Source: Camelus ferus (taxonomy: Eukaryota). Taken from it: DNA of 64,000 nt. The stretch lies in assembly GCF_009834535.1 (NCBI RefSeq), contig NC_045696.1, positions 51,772,001 through 51,836,000 on the forward strand. The letters run 5' to 3'. Shown piece after piece: positions 1-13,275 of the stretch. Positions within the stretch are counted from its first letter, which is position 1; each line of letters opens with the position of its first letter. Under the pieces are notes generated by a model. The model worked only from the letters and a program-made list of their open reading frames with translations, was not told the origin of the DNA and ran no database searches. A program made the translations under genes and the position numbers.

Positions 1-2139
1 AATTATATTGTGGATTCCTGCTTGTTTGGGGTTGAGAAAAAGGAAAATTTACACTTTTTTGCACAAAGCACTGTGCAGGAATCCAATGGCGGCAGCCTCT
101 GTTCATTCTCAGTTCAGGTACGATGGAAACTTGCGGGGAGCTGACCTGCGGTATTGATCTCTTATGTCAATTCCCTCCTCTCATACAACTGATGTGTAAG
201 GAGCTGGAGAGCCCCAGGCTCTCAGATAGTCTCAGAATTGAGTTCATCCATAAGTATAACAAAGGAAATCAAGTTTTTAAAACATAGCTGGATTATTTCT
301 TAAACATTAATATAAAGCAAAAAAAAAATGCATAAAAAATGGATGTAGGAATCTCATTTCTTCATAATTATTAAGACCCAAAAACCTACTTTGAAGAAAA
401 CTAGTCATGGTTAAGAAAGTAACTTCTTCCCAGTGGTTAAAGAAAAAAGTACTCAAAGAAATAAACAAACATATGGAAACCTCTTAATATACCAAGGTAT
501 TACTATATTTATTTCTGACCTTTGGCTACTGAGAAAATACGAAGGATGACAATTCTATAGTTATTCTATACAATGGCAGATGCTCCTCTTATTCAAGGAA
601 ACAAAATCCTTTTATGACATTTCATTAAAAGTCTATCCAACCAAAGAGCATTTTATGTGTTCATTTTAGATAGTCTTGTTCACCAGTCCTTATAACTGTA
701 AACGAGACCTTTTCTTAGGCAGTCCACCTTGTGTGTTAGTGTGTTGAATACTTTCTTTAAGATGGATTGTGTTAATTTTACAGTACATGATGGTAGAGGG
801 GGACAATTATACACAATTCTTCTATCAATCGTATATTTCTACTTCCTTTTCTGAAATATATTTAAGTTAATAAAATATATTAAGTTAAATGTTGAAGTTA
901 AGGCAAAATTCTGTTAAATGTTCAACGTATATCCTCACTGCTGATTTTTGCCACCATGGTACTACGGCTGGTGCCACAATGGCTCCTCATATCTTAAGTC
1001 TATGCAGTACAACCATTCTCCACAACAGCATCATTTTCTTTTTGTAAATAGAAATTTGGCTTTCACACAGCAATTTCCACCAAACTATAAAAGTGCTAAT
1101 GATGCCCAATTTAGGACATAAACAATTTACTACTGTCCTCCTTTGAGCCTTCCTCTTTTTTAATTTCTCTAACTCATTACACTAAGAATATTCTTTCCTG
1201 CAAAGCTGTGGGCAGGGCTGATTTCATAACGGGTAACAAGTTGACTTGTGTTTTTTTTAAACTGATGCTGATATTAGACTTTTGGTTAACCTGTCAGTTA
1301 AGAAGTGTGCCTTGTACTTGACATTTTTGCTGGAGCAATCAACGCCAACTACCCTACTTCTACTATTCTGCTTTTCTCACTGTGCTTTCTCAATTTTCTT
1401 TCTATAAAGTATTCTTTCTACTTTTTTATGACTATATTTTCTTTAACTTTTCTCACTTATCACATCTAATCCTATTTTTCTTATGCAGTTAAAATATTTC
1501 CTGAGTATATTTTAGTTCAGTGGTTAGTTGTATTCATATCACGTATTCCATAGCTTGGTTGATGACTTGCATGGAGCACATACATTTCTCAAACTGATTC
1601 ACAATCACTGTGAAAAAACTGAAGTCCAAACTGCAATTTGATTTGTCTATAGCTTTGTGTAAGCTTGACACTGGACAAGACTGCTATTCTTCAACTCTGT
1701 TTCCTCTTCACTTATGGAGGAAGCCTTGAAGACAGTAAATGTGTTGTTTCAGCTTTGTAACTTTTTTTAGTTGTCTTTGAGGACTTCCATTCACCACTTA
1801 GGAAGAAAATTATAATTTCTTATTTTCCAGTCCCATTCTTGATCTCTTTATTTTCTTCTCATTTGTGTATTTTACCTCCTTTTTAAAAATCATAATTTAT
1901 GAGTTTTCTTTTGAACATATAGAGCTTAAGGTAATTTTTTTCAAAGGGGATCTGGAGTAAAAGGTTCCTAAGCATTTGAAACAAAGGGAGCTCATAGAGT
2001 CACAAGGATTAAAAATTATTTTGATTATCTTAATAATTTTGAATATGGAGATGTTTTTACTGGTCAGTCTGTCCTTCTTTAAGTATTATGGAAAACTCTC
2101 AGAAAAGTTTCCTGTTTACAATGAAAGCGATTCAATTTC

Positions 2140-2420
2140 AGTTATAATATTTATTGAGAATCTACTAAGACATTATACCAAATAAACTTCTTTCACTTAA
2201 AGAATTTGCATCTAGCAGAGAAATTAGACAAATATCAGATGATGATGCAAATTAAGTAGCAAGTCTCATAAAAGTACCACCAAAAATTTGTGAGGGGTCC
2301 ACAGGAGGAATCAATGACTTTGCTATAGAGAAATGTGAAGAGAAGTAGGCATGAAGGGCTTCATAAAAATAGTGGCATTTGAGATAAGCCTTAAGGATAC
2401 ACATTTGACAGATGAGAATG
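2140..2420 (-). mobile_element. L2 LINE 3' fragment (old)
   Basis: atttattgagaatctacta ... gaagggcttcataaaaatagtggcatttgagataagccttaagg resembles the reverse complement of the L2 3' end; heavily diverged. Confidence 0.5.
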
Positions 2421-3271
2421 AAGAAAGGGAAATATATGCAACCAATGCAAGACTGTTAGATCAAAGGTGCGTTATTCAGAACAAAGGGGCTCTTCTATGG
2501 AAGCTACATATAATATTTCAGATTCTACACTTATTCTAAGTAAAGTTGCCACTCATCATGTGATACTCAATGTAAAATGTTCTCTTAGCCTATTAAGTAC
2601 ATTACTTGTGAAATCAGAAAGGAAGTAAGTAGATGTGAGACTATGACCAGACATACTGATTGTGCCCTAGATGTTTCTGTAAACTCAATACGATCTTCAA
2701 AGAAATAAACCTCACAGAACTTTTATTGTTTCAGGACACTTTTAGTTCTACAAATAAATGGAAACATTTGCAGCTAACAACATGGAGACCCTAGATATGT
2801 CAGTATCTATTTACTATTACAGCTTAACTGTATTTCCTTATTATTTTATCTCTAGTTAAAGCTCTCCAGCAACAGACATCAATGGAGAAGACCTCAAGAA
2901 TTATGAAATCTAATCCAAAAAGATGATAAAGTCAAGGACAGTGGCACTTTTTTGAACTTTTTACTTGAGTCCTCCTGGTATTTTATTTCCCTCAGTCATT
3001 CACTACTCAATTCTACTTTACAACCACTGAAATAAGAGAAAAATTACAGAGGTTCAGTAAATGTTCTTATGGCCTGTTTCCAAAACAGTCCAACATTAAT
3101 GGGGGAAATAAAGTCAAAAGAGCTTTTTCTCTTACATGAGTTTCTAAACAATATAATTATGGTTCACTCCATAGTTATAAGCTTTAGGAGCTCCCACAAA
3201 AAAGTCTTTGCTGCAGATGTGGCCACTGGCTGCTATACCCAACAATTTGATCCATGTATGTTGTCGTTTAG

Positions 3272-3272
<1 letters not shown>

Positions 3273-3303
<31 letters not shown>
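3273..3303. repeat. (AC)15 microsatellite
   Basis: Perfect AC run read directly. Confidence 0.97.
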
Positions 3304-3305
<2 letters not shown>

Positions 3306-6300
3306 TTTCTTGTGTTTGGTAGACTAAGATGAAGCTAGACACAGAGGTCGGGTATTCCAATATGGTCTCTCTCTATTTGCTCGTTCATGACCAAGGTGGA
3401 AGCTTGGATGGTTGATGCATGTGAAGATTGCGCCTATTACTTTGTGTTACATTTCTGACCTCAGAATTATTATTTTCAACAACACTGTTTTATATAAACA
3501 CAAAAAATAAGTCCAAGCTGGATTACTGATGTTGGGTTATTCCAAGAAGTATCTTCAGTGTAGCTTCAAAAATTTACCCTCTTCTCTCTAAATCTTTATT
3601 TCACAGGACAGTTAAATAGTGTCTTGCCAAGAAAGTAACTGAGAGTAATGCCTCATGTTTAACTGGGTTTTTAGGCTTCAGAAGAAATCCAGTCCAAGAC
3701 TTTACCAGAAGACTGCCAAAGCAACTAGATATCAGTGCATTGTAACAGACTTTAAGAACTCCACCATTTTGTTTTCTTCATAGATCTAGGATGTGGTACA
3801 TAAAGTATTACTACTTCATGAGCATAGTAGCTCATTTTTTTTTTTTTACCAATTTTTGGCATGTACATTATTTTGTAGGAAAAATGTAATAAATTGAAGT
3901 ATAATTTAACTTCCATTCTCCCAAACACTTGGCCTCATCTTACCATCCTTCCTAAAGTATTCCTTTGGTCCTTGGCAAAACAGTGAAAAAAAAATCATGA
4001 TTTTGTGTTTGATTATGTGTACATTTACTAAAAAGCATACTGGGCTTCCCTTTTCTGATGCTGTTAGAGATTGTTGCTTTCCTAACTCAAACTTTGTATT
4101 AGGCTGGTAAATTTAAAGTTAAAATGAACACCATAAATTCACAGTATAACTTATCTGGTATCGTCTTTTTACTTGTAGTTCAAAAATGTGCTGTCTGGGG
4201 TTGAAATGACTCAATATAATCAGAAAGCAAAGTCTATACTTGTATGTGACCTCACCAGCAATTAACTTTGCCCTAATGGAATGAATACAATGTACAAGTT
4301 CAGGATTGGGTAGATGAGAAGAGGAAGGGAGAATGAAACTCACTCCCTTGCTAGGTTCTGCAAAATAGGTTCCTTATTCCCACAACGTGACATTTCTCTT
4401 CCTTATTTCCAGCATAGTTAAGGTCAGTAGCCCTAAAAATCTTCTACAGAGAGGTTTACATTTTTTCCCCTAAACATAAAGATGAGTTTGTAATTTAAAA
4501 AAAAAAAGATGTCTTCTGCTAAATTATAGTATCAGATGGAACAGTTACCAAGCAAAATTTTGAAGAGTTAGTCATAACTTCATGCTACCTTTCTATCCTT
4601 GTCTGCTTCACAGATATTTGAGGACGGGGTCACAGATGGATTATCCCTTTTGGTTAGCAAGACTTTCCAGATGAGGTCATCATTTTCATTACTTTGTTTC
4701 TTTCTCTCTCACTAGAGTGTCTTTCTAGCAGCAACTGAAGACCTTTTTAATGAAATATTGAAGGCATGGGATGCCTAGAATGATTAAAAGACACAAAGCT
4801 TTCCCATAGCACTTGTCCTTTTCTCTGTAAGGAGATGAGGTAATATATAATCTCCTTCCTATATTACTACCACAAGGGCAATTTGTGGAAGAGATGGATT
4901 TCTGGGAGTAAAATCCTATTGCATGGCCAGGGCTATTTTCAGAAGGGCTTATCTTCAATATCCTCATTTCAGAATTGGTCTCTTTGCTCAGAGCAGTACC
5001 TTGGGCAACACTGAGAACTCCCATCTTCGAGGTAAGAATGAAGTTATTTCCTTGTTGTTGGAATATCTGATGAAGAAAAAAGAAGGTGCAAAAACAAGTA
5101 GACCTCTGTATCTTTTTAATACCCCAAATAACTGCTTCAAATAGGAACAATTACAGAGAACCTTACCATAGCACATGGAATTTGCACTTGTCAAAGAAAT
5201 CACTACACGTATAAATTAGAAAGTAATCATTACCTCCTCTCTGGATAGAGTGGCAATTTTGCCTCAGAGTTTATGTTGAAGTATACATTTTTATGAAATA
5301 TTTCTCACTGTAGTCAGCATCAATTTAGGAGTATCAAACATTGGTTCCTAGTTCCCGCATACCCGAAAACCAGAGAGGGAGGGAAGTGCTGAAAAGTGGA
5401 ATTAACAAAGACCTGGATTTTTCTTACACTTTAAGAAATTAATTGTAATTGTAAATTCCTGGTTAAAAACCTGACCACTGTCACTGCCAGACTATTCCTG
5501 GGCTTCTTCATCATTCGTTTTCCCCTGAAGTCTCTCAAAGAACTGAATGGCTTCCAGAGATGAAAATGAACTTGACAATCACGTAGCAAGTCAAACACAT
5601 CCTGATTCTCTTCGTCACTTTTTAATTCATTGCAGATGGTGTAAATGGGATGTTTACTGGCTGACAGGTAATGAGTCTTGTTGTAGATAACAGTGATGGA
5701 CGGAATCTCACGCCTGTTGACAAGCCCAGCATCTCTACAGCTGTATATGGCTATCACCTATTGCTTGGCAACACATAGAATATCGTGACAGGATGCAAAG
5801 TCAAGTCCATTTCCTCTCAAAGAAACGATTATTGGGACACCTGAATCTCACTAGTCACATACGAGTTGCACTGATTTCATCCTCACTGTCCACATGGGTA
5901 GACAGTCTAAGATGTGATCTAATGCCTACTGCTCTAAAAGGAAAATGTAATCTGTTTAAACATCCAAACGCTCCTCTTCCCAGGTACCGCCATTCATCAC
6001 ATCTGTCAGTGCTTCTGTGGAAGAGTAATGACCCTCAGGCATGGGATAATGCTCCGTAGGGGCCTTATGAATGCCACTGCCAAGCACAGAAATTGATCGG
6101 TTTTCAGTGGAGCTGGTATGTGCATCATGAAAGACCTGCACTTACTTACTAAATTGCAAGTGGCTGTTTACTCCTTATACAATAAAGCCTGGGTTAGGGA
6201 GCCACAGACCCTGCTGACTTTAATTGTCCTAAACATGTGAACACTAGATTTGGGGCCGTCAGTGACATAGATTTAAACAGCTTGAAACTGAAAGTTGGAT

Positions 6301-7499
6301 CAGAGTCATTCAGAAATGCATTGGGAGATAATGTAGGTATTGTTGCCTTCCACTCTTTTTTCCTTTTCTTTTTTTATCCTCTCTATCAATGGAAAGTAAC
6401 AACGTCCCACTATCCAATATAAACACATTAAAAAAAAAAAAACAGAATAAGGGTGCCTGTAAAAAGTTAATTCTTTGCTTCCTTCCTGTGGGCTTCCCTC
6501 CATCTCTGGATTTGCTCACACATTGTTTCCACAAAATAGGCTAAAGACGAACAGTTACATAGTATGAACTCATGATTTTCAAAATATCTCCCAACAGCTC
6601 CATTTCCTCGTCTAACCTATATTGACCTTTTCCTTTAAATCCTCCCTACACTGCCAATCTCATCTACGTTTACTATCAAATCTCCTTGGGAGATGGGCCA
6701 ACTTGCACTCTATAGACTATTCATACCTTGGCAAATGCTCTATTATTTGAAAGTTTTATCTGAAATATATCTCTTCCTCAGCTCTCAGACATATTTTTTT
6801 AAGACTGGATATTCTCTTGTGATCTCTCTTTTGATTCTATATCCCTTAGTTCTAGTAGCAGTACTGTATCTTCAGGGCTTTTAGATTCTAGAAAGGACAC
6901 CATATTTTTCATATTTCTGTGATGTTATTTCCTAATGTACCTTTGATTTTTAATTTCTGTCCAATCTTTTTTGTCAATAACCTTGACAGAATTAAGCTTA
7001 ATGACTACAGTTTATTTTTTGGTAAGTAGGTTTTGGAAGTTCTGTTATTTTATTAGATCATAATATTTTTATGCTTTTCTTTTTTTAAGGGGGTAGAGAT
7101 AGCCAAATCTGGGGGAAAAAGAAAAGATACCTTTCAGAATGTAGCATCTGTGATAAGTCACAAAACACTAGTTGGTCTTGCCTCAAATACTGTTTTCCAA
7201 CCTGTATGAGATGAATGGCTCAACATAAATACCTGAAGGAAACTAAATCTTTTACTCACATTGACTCATTCCATTTTCAGAAAATTTACTAGGTAATGAA
7301 TGGGCCCTTATGAAATCATTACAGTTAGGAGAGCTCTCTCTACTTGGGAATTCTCTATTCCCTTGGCAGTTTAGGGTTATGCCCAACTTAAATATACTTT
7401 CAATGTTCACAATATTCTGATTATTAGTATCGCTAATGCTGGGTCTCAGACTATCCTGGGAAGAGAAACTTACAATTAGAGAGGTCTTAATAATTAATG

Positions 7500-7830
7500 A
7501 AATATACCAATGAGATAATGAAATTGGAAGCTCTCAGTATACTGCCAGGGATGAAGAAATCTTTTTGAGAATTAGGAATTTGCTAGAAGACAATAAAAAA
7601 GATCAGATAGTGAACTGAGCAAAGTGACCTTTGATGTAAAGTGTCAGCTAGAAATGTCAATCCAATTCAGGACTGGATACAAAGGGACATTGTGCTGCTG
7701 AGCAGAGAGGTATTAAGTTACCTGATTATCTTCTCTGGAAGAATGCATTATGGTTTAGACACTTTTATTACTTGAAAGATGTAGACAAATCAGGAAAGAT
7801 TAACAACCAGTTTTATTAGGAGGTAGCAGA
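7500..7830 (+). mobile_element. possible L3/CR1 LINE fragment
   Basis: aaagggacattgtg...gcagagaggtatta... and gaaagatgtagacaaatcagga resemble CR1/L3 RT-region phrases; very diverged. Confidence 0.3.
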
Positions 7831-9359
7831 TGAGCTAGTGTGAATAGCACTGGTTGTTAAAAGTTCTGTATTCTCTTCTCAGCTTTGATATGCTCTCACG
7901 TGGGAACAGTCATTCTTGAAATTTAGACAGGATAATTTATATTCTGTTCCCCAGAGAAAGGGCAGTTTGGGAACTGAAGGGAGGGAAGGGTTTAAAACAG
8001 CATAAAGACCTGGGGAGGCAGAAGAGCAGGAAATTCTATTATAGGGATTTTCACCCTTAATTAAAACAACAACAATAACAACAGTAGCAACAACCATTTG
8101 TTAAGCCTTCATTTAAATAAGCTCAGTACATTTAGTATTTGTGGTATGTCTTTCATATATAGTACCTAATTGTTTTTGATACATGGGGTAAGATTATTCC
8201 ATAAATACTATACCATTATGCTCATGTTTCCCTGGAAATATAATCTGTAAGGCCATTCTAGAAACTCTGATTATGAGATTCAACATCACTTGCAGTTAGG
8301 TGCCCTTAACTCTAGTGTAGTTTTCTCATCTCTTCACAGTTGCCCTGAAGCTGTAACCTATGTCCTCATAAGGATGTCCTTTCAGAAAAGGCCCCTGTCC
8401 CTTCCATTCTGCATTATTTTCTAGGTATATTTTCATATATAATTGCATATTTTACCAGTTAACATTATTTATGAATATCATTGAGAAATGATTCATATAA
8501 TTTTCTAGTTTATTAGTGAAAATAAGTTATCCAGAAGCTAACAATAAATTACTGTTCTTATACAGGCCACTATTCCTGGGTGTATTTATTATGATTTACC
8601 ATTTATGAAAGGATGTCAAATGGTTGACAAAGTATAATAGAACTAAACTTCTTTCAAGCAATGTAGGTGACTCATTAATGTCCCAATACATTGTACTAAT
8701 ATCTAGCCCTGGACTTCATCTTTTAATTCTATGGGGAAACACCTATAAACATAACAGGATTTCTTTCTTTCCTGATGTTCATTCAAATTACACGACACTT
8801 TCCCCTATCACTGTAGTAACCTTCTCTGAAGACTACTTTGAGGGGTAGATGGTGGTGAAGAAGCGGGATGTTTAAACTCATATTTAAAAAGGGCAGAAGA
8901 AGACTTTAGATGACATATGATCTTAGGTCAGTTTCAGGAGAGGAGGCAGACTTGTGATGAACCTTAGCAAAACGAGCCCAAACTCTCAATCCCGTCCTTA
9001 CTACTGAGGTGTCTGGTTGCTGGTAACTTTCTCAGTTACTTTAATAATCCTCTCCCCACCAAGAAACTCAGCTTCATTTGCAAACATTGTTAGACTGTGC
9101 TCACATTTCCTTTTCCTCTTCCTCTCAGGAAGAACATTTTTAGGCCCAAATCATCCTTTAATAGACCAAAGATAGGAACTGCTACACATCATAAATCAGT
9201 TTCTGCTCTTGGCTGCTCAACATAGGACAGCTGAAATTCTCCATGAAGCAATATATTACACTGTCATGAGATTACTTTCGATCTTCAGTTTGGGACATTT
9301 TCTTAACTATTAGTTGGGATTACTCCTCCTCCTGCTCCCCTAATTTCATTCTTTCCATA

Positions 9360-9880
9360 CAGAAAATACAATGATTTCTTTAAATATGAAATCACATCCT
9401 ACTACATAAATCTCCAATAGCTGCCCATCACAACTAGAATAAAATCCAAACTTCTCACCATGAAGCCTGCACAATCTGGTCTCTGACTCCTTTTCTGATC
9501 ACATCTCCAACATACTTCTCCTATTCCCTGGCCAAATTTCATAATTCACATGCCTGGCTAATTTTAGTCTGAGTCTTTGCTGTTGCTGTTCCAACCTGCC
9601 TGAAATGCTTTTCCTACAGATCCTTATATGGCTGGTTTCTAACATCATTCAAGTCTCAGCCAGAGGCCATCTCCTTACATGCTATCTCTATTAGGTTACA
9701 CTCTTATTTTCTTCATTTCACTCGTCAGTGTGTGCTAGTCTGTTTGCATATTTATTAACTATCTTCTCTAACTAGAATGTTCTATGCAGGAAGAGGTCCT
9801 TGTGAGTCCTGCTCACAATAATATTCCCAGTGCCTAGAATAGAAGGGGCTCAATAAATATTTGCTGAATAAAAGAATGAC
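9360..9880 (+). mobile_element. L2 LINE 3' portion
   Basis: agaataaaatccaaacttctcaccatg ... cccagtgcctagaatag...ggctcaataaatatttgctgaataaaagaatga, the typical L2 terminus. Confidence 0.75.
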
Positions 9881-10169
9881 TGAAAAATAAGAGAATAAAC
9901 AGAAAGCAAGGGCAATACCAGTGCTTTTCATCCCCATGGTTCTTTAAATGCACCTCAACTACTTTAAAAACAAAAATACTCTAGCATATTAGCATCAGAA
10001 TTACTAATTTTACTGATTAAAAGTCTGGACCTCAGTGTACATTACTGACTGGTCCAAAAACATGTGACTAAATAAATATTTCACAATTCGGGTCTCAAAA
10101 CAGGTCAGATGAGTTAGTCCCACAGTGTTTTTGTTAGAGCACAACTGTAAACCAGGGACAATTAATCTG

Positions 10170-10285
10170 AAGTTCAGGTAGGGTTCTGTAAATCCTTTGA
10201 AAAGGTATTATGTCCTCTTTTGGGAAAAGGATCCGCAGCTTTCATCAGAATTTCAATGGAGGCCATAAACCAGAGGAGGCAGGAA
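10170..10285. mobile_element. hAT-Charlie MITE fragment (MER103-like)
   Basis: gggaaaaggatccgcagctttcatcagaatttcaatggaggcc resembles a remembered Charlie-type motif (ggtccatagctttcatcagattctcaaagggg). Confidence 0.4.
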
Positions 10286-11113
10286 TCCTTTCAAACAATA
10301 CCATCCTAAAGCACTGCAGCTATCTCATCTTCCTTGGAGGCAGGATATGCTTTTTTGAATACAAAGATGCGAGGTAGCAAGTTTCATTCATTGCCTTTGT
10401 CTATTTGAGGTTTTTTTTCCCCCCTAATCATTGTCTTTGTCCATTAGGGTAAAGTTCACTTTGCCCTACGGCTTTCGCATGAGTTTTAAACTGTCATTTT
10501 TTGGAATAGCACATGAGATACATGTCTGCATCCTCAACTCTGCTAAAAAAACTTTGGCCAGTTCAGATTCAATTTCATTTTTACCTGAATATGTTAGATG
10601 TAAGCACTTTATTAGCCCAAATTCTATGTAATTCTGACAATTACTAATTATAAAATCTTGAGGAAAAATTTTAATCGAAGTCCTAGAAGGTTCAAATGAA
10701 ATAAAACAATAACACATTGAACCACATGAACTGCCATTTATGTAAGTCAAAATGGTGGAACATTGGCAAAGTGAAATGGTTTAACCTGTGGTTCAAATGT
10801 TAAACTGCTATTGTTGTTAAGAGAAAATATTCTCACTCTCCAATCTTCCTTTCCTGTAAAAATTTCTATTCATGTGGAATGTAAGGGGTGCTGGGGGATA
10901 GGGTTGATTTTGCTCATGATTTTAATTTATAACACATAGGCTTTCTTAATTCTTACCATAGTGGGTACTTCCAAATGATACCACAAAGACAGCCTGGAGA
11001 ATGGGCCTTAGAAAATTAAATTCATAAAGGCTTGTTTTTCTCATATCCAGATGTACTTATAACTGGACAACTTTTAAATAGGTATTAAATCCACGGAGCA
11101 GGTTCATGGCGGC

Positions 11114-11608
11114 TGTACTGATTTCCTTTTGCTGTTGTAACAAACTTAATGGCTTAAACAACAGAAGTTTGTTATAGTTCTGGAGGTCACAAATCCTTAA
11201 ATTGAGCTGTATGCAGGGTGCACCTTTCTGGAGAGCCTAGGGGAGAATCCTCTTCTTTTCCAGCTTCTAGAGACTGCCTGGGGTCCTTGGCTCATGGTCC
11301 CTTTCTCCATCTTCAAAGCCAGCAGTGCAGCATCTTCAAATCTCTCCCTCTCTCTCTCTCTCTTTGATTCTGCTTCCTTTGTCTCATTTCCTTCTCTGAC
11401 TCTGATTATCCTGCTTCTTCTTTCCTTAACAAAAACCCTTGAGATTCCATTAGGCCTACCCAGGTCATCCAGGGTAATCTTCCATCTCAAGGTCCTATTT
11501 TACTCACATCTGCAAAGACCCTTTTGCCATGTAAGGCAATGTATTCACAGGTTCTAAGGATTAAGACATGGATATCTTTGTGGGAGGGGCCACTATTTTG
11601 TCTATCAC
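11114..11608 (-). mobile_element. MLT1 (MaLR) solo LTR, MLT1C/D-like
   Basis: gctgttgtaacaaac...ggcttaaacaacag; ttccagcttctagagactgcc; catcttcaaagccagca; cacatctgcaaagacccttttgccatgtaagg...attcacaggttct...ggattaagacatggatatctttg. These match the MLT1D-type consensus in reverse; length ~500 bp. Confidence 0.88.
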
Positions 11609-12556
11609 TGGGTCTGAAATACTCCAGGCACTCAGATTTCAAACAGCAAGCAAGACAATACCTTATCATTTCTTTAAAACTGCATAGAAATTTTTACATA
11701 TACTCCCTATAATTTTTAAAGAGATAGTAACTTGCAACTCTCCAGTCTCACTTTTGGCACATGGGTATGGAAATCATAGTCTTAGTTTTGGTTTGTAGAG
11801 TCTCATTTTACCCCTTCACCCAGTTTCAGGTAATTCTACTTCTATTCCAACTTGTCCTCTCTGCAGAATTCATACTGCTATCTCTAGTCAAGGAATTATT
11901 AATATGATACGTTCTTTCAGCACTATCTTCTATTAACTCTACAAATAAAAGACAGAGATTTTTAGCCAAGAACCAACCAGGGCAGATTCCGGTGCTTCTC
12001 ATCACACCTTTCCTGAGCCCTTCCCTCAGGCACTGTATACAACCTGTTTGAATAAGCTAACCAGCATTTGCAGGTGTTAATACAAACGACTATACCTTGA
12101 GAAATTTCCTCCCTCAGATCCTTGCTTGGATAAACTTAACTCAGACATCTTCCTTCTTCTCGCACCTAAAAGATCTGCTTCCTTGACCTGCATCTACCCT
12201 GTCCACCATCTCAGTGAACACTCGCCCTTAAGCATTTAAGCCTAATCAGCCCAGGCCCATCATGATGGCATAACATACTTGTCCTGCTGGAAACTATTCA
12301 GCATCCAGAGGACCATCTTTATGCTGATAACACTAAAATATAAAATAATGCCAACAGCTGGTGCTACAAATGGCTTTTAAAAACGATGTTCATTCACTAA
12401 AATTCCTCTTGCTACTTTTGACATGAAACACGCAGTCTCTAATTATTCTGATCAAGACGGTGAAATACAAAAACAAACTTTAATTGTGTTTAACAGATAT
12501 TTAATCAGGACTCACTGAACTACAGATTAAAGCTGAAATTCATAAACCATAATTAC

Positions 12557-12821
12557 CCGATTGTCGCAATCTTTTGGTCCACATTCTCCTTCCGTCTGGG
12601 CGTCTGGCACCTTGCCCCGAATTTCTTTTACTGTCTTCTCAGCTTCGTTACTGTTCATGTTTTCCAGCAGAGATTTAGCACAGATTACAAAATATCTGTT
12701 CTTGGCAACTTTCTTCATTAGCTTTTTTTCCCCCTTGCAAAAAAGTTTATTTTTTTTTCTACCAGAGTAGCTGGAACAGGCATACGTTTAGGGTGCTCTG
12801 GTGACACAAACTAATTATATA
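12557..12821 (-). other. candidate promoter plus first exon of an unidentified gene
   Basis: On the minus strand: TATATAA (12821-12815), then an ATG in A(-3) context at 12658 open for 34 codons to a CGG|GTAATT donor (intron starts 12556). Repeat-free and CpG-retaining. Peptide not recognised. Confidence 0.35.
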
Positions 12822-13212
12822 GTTATCAGGAGATAATAAGGCAGCAATATCTGGAGTTACTATAGCTATCATGTAGGTATCATGCAATTGCTCCAGTACG
12901 CCATGCGGTGTGTCCCAGTCACCACGTAATTACCTCATGTCACTACTGCATTGTTTTATGGAAAATGCTTATCTCATCCCTAACAAAACCTTTTCCGCCA
13001 CATTTGGGAAAAAAGTGGAATTCTTAGTTCTTATTTCCAGTACTGTTCATTTCCAGTAAGATGCTATCTTGTGAATTTAAGAGAAACACCTGTCCTCTCC
13101 TGAAAATTTGCTTTTACATGGAGCAAATGGAGCGATTCTGTTTTCTTTTGTTTTATTCCACCCAGGTGAGAGAAGTGATTACCAACAATACATACATATT
13201 CTCTTTTGTTTG

Positions 13213-13275
13213 AAAAAAAAAAAAAAAAAGCAAAAAACCAACCAAACAAAAAACACTAAAAAAAAAAAAAAAAAA
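13213..13275. repeat. A-rich low-complexity tract (two poly-A runs)
   Basis: Two ~17-18 nt A runs separated by gcaaaaaaccaaccaaacaaaaaacact. Confidence 0.9.

Noticed and set aside
10875..10897. tggaatgtaagg resembling the miR-1/miR-206 5' end
   Set aside because: The 3' half diverges from the mature miRNA and no complementary upstream arm forms a precursor.
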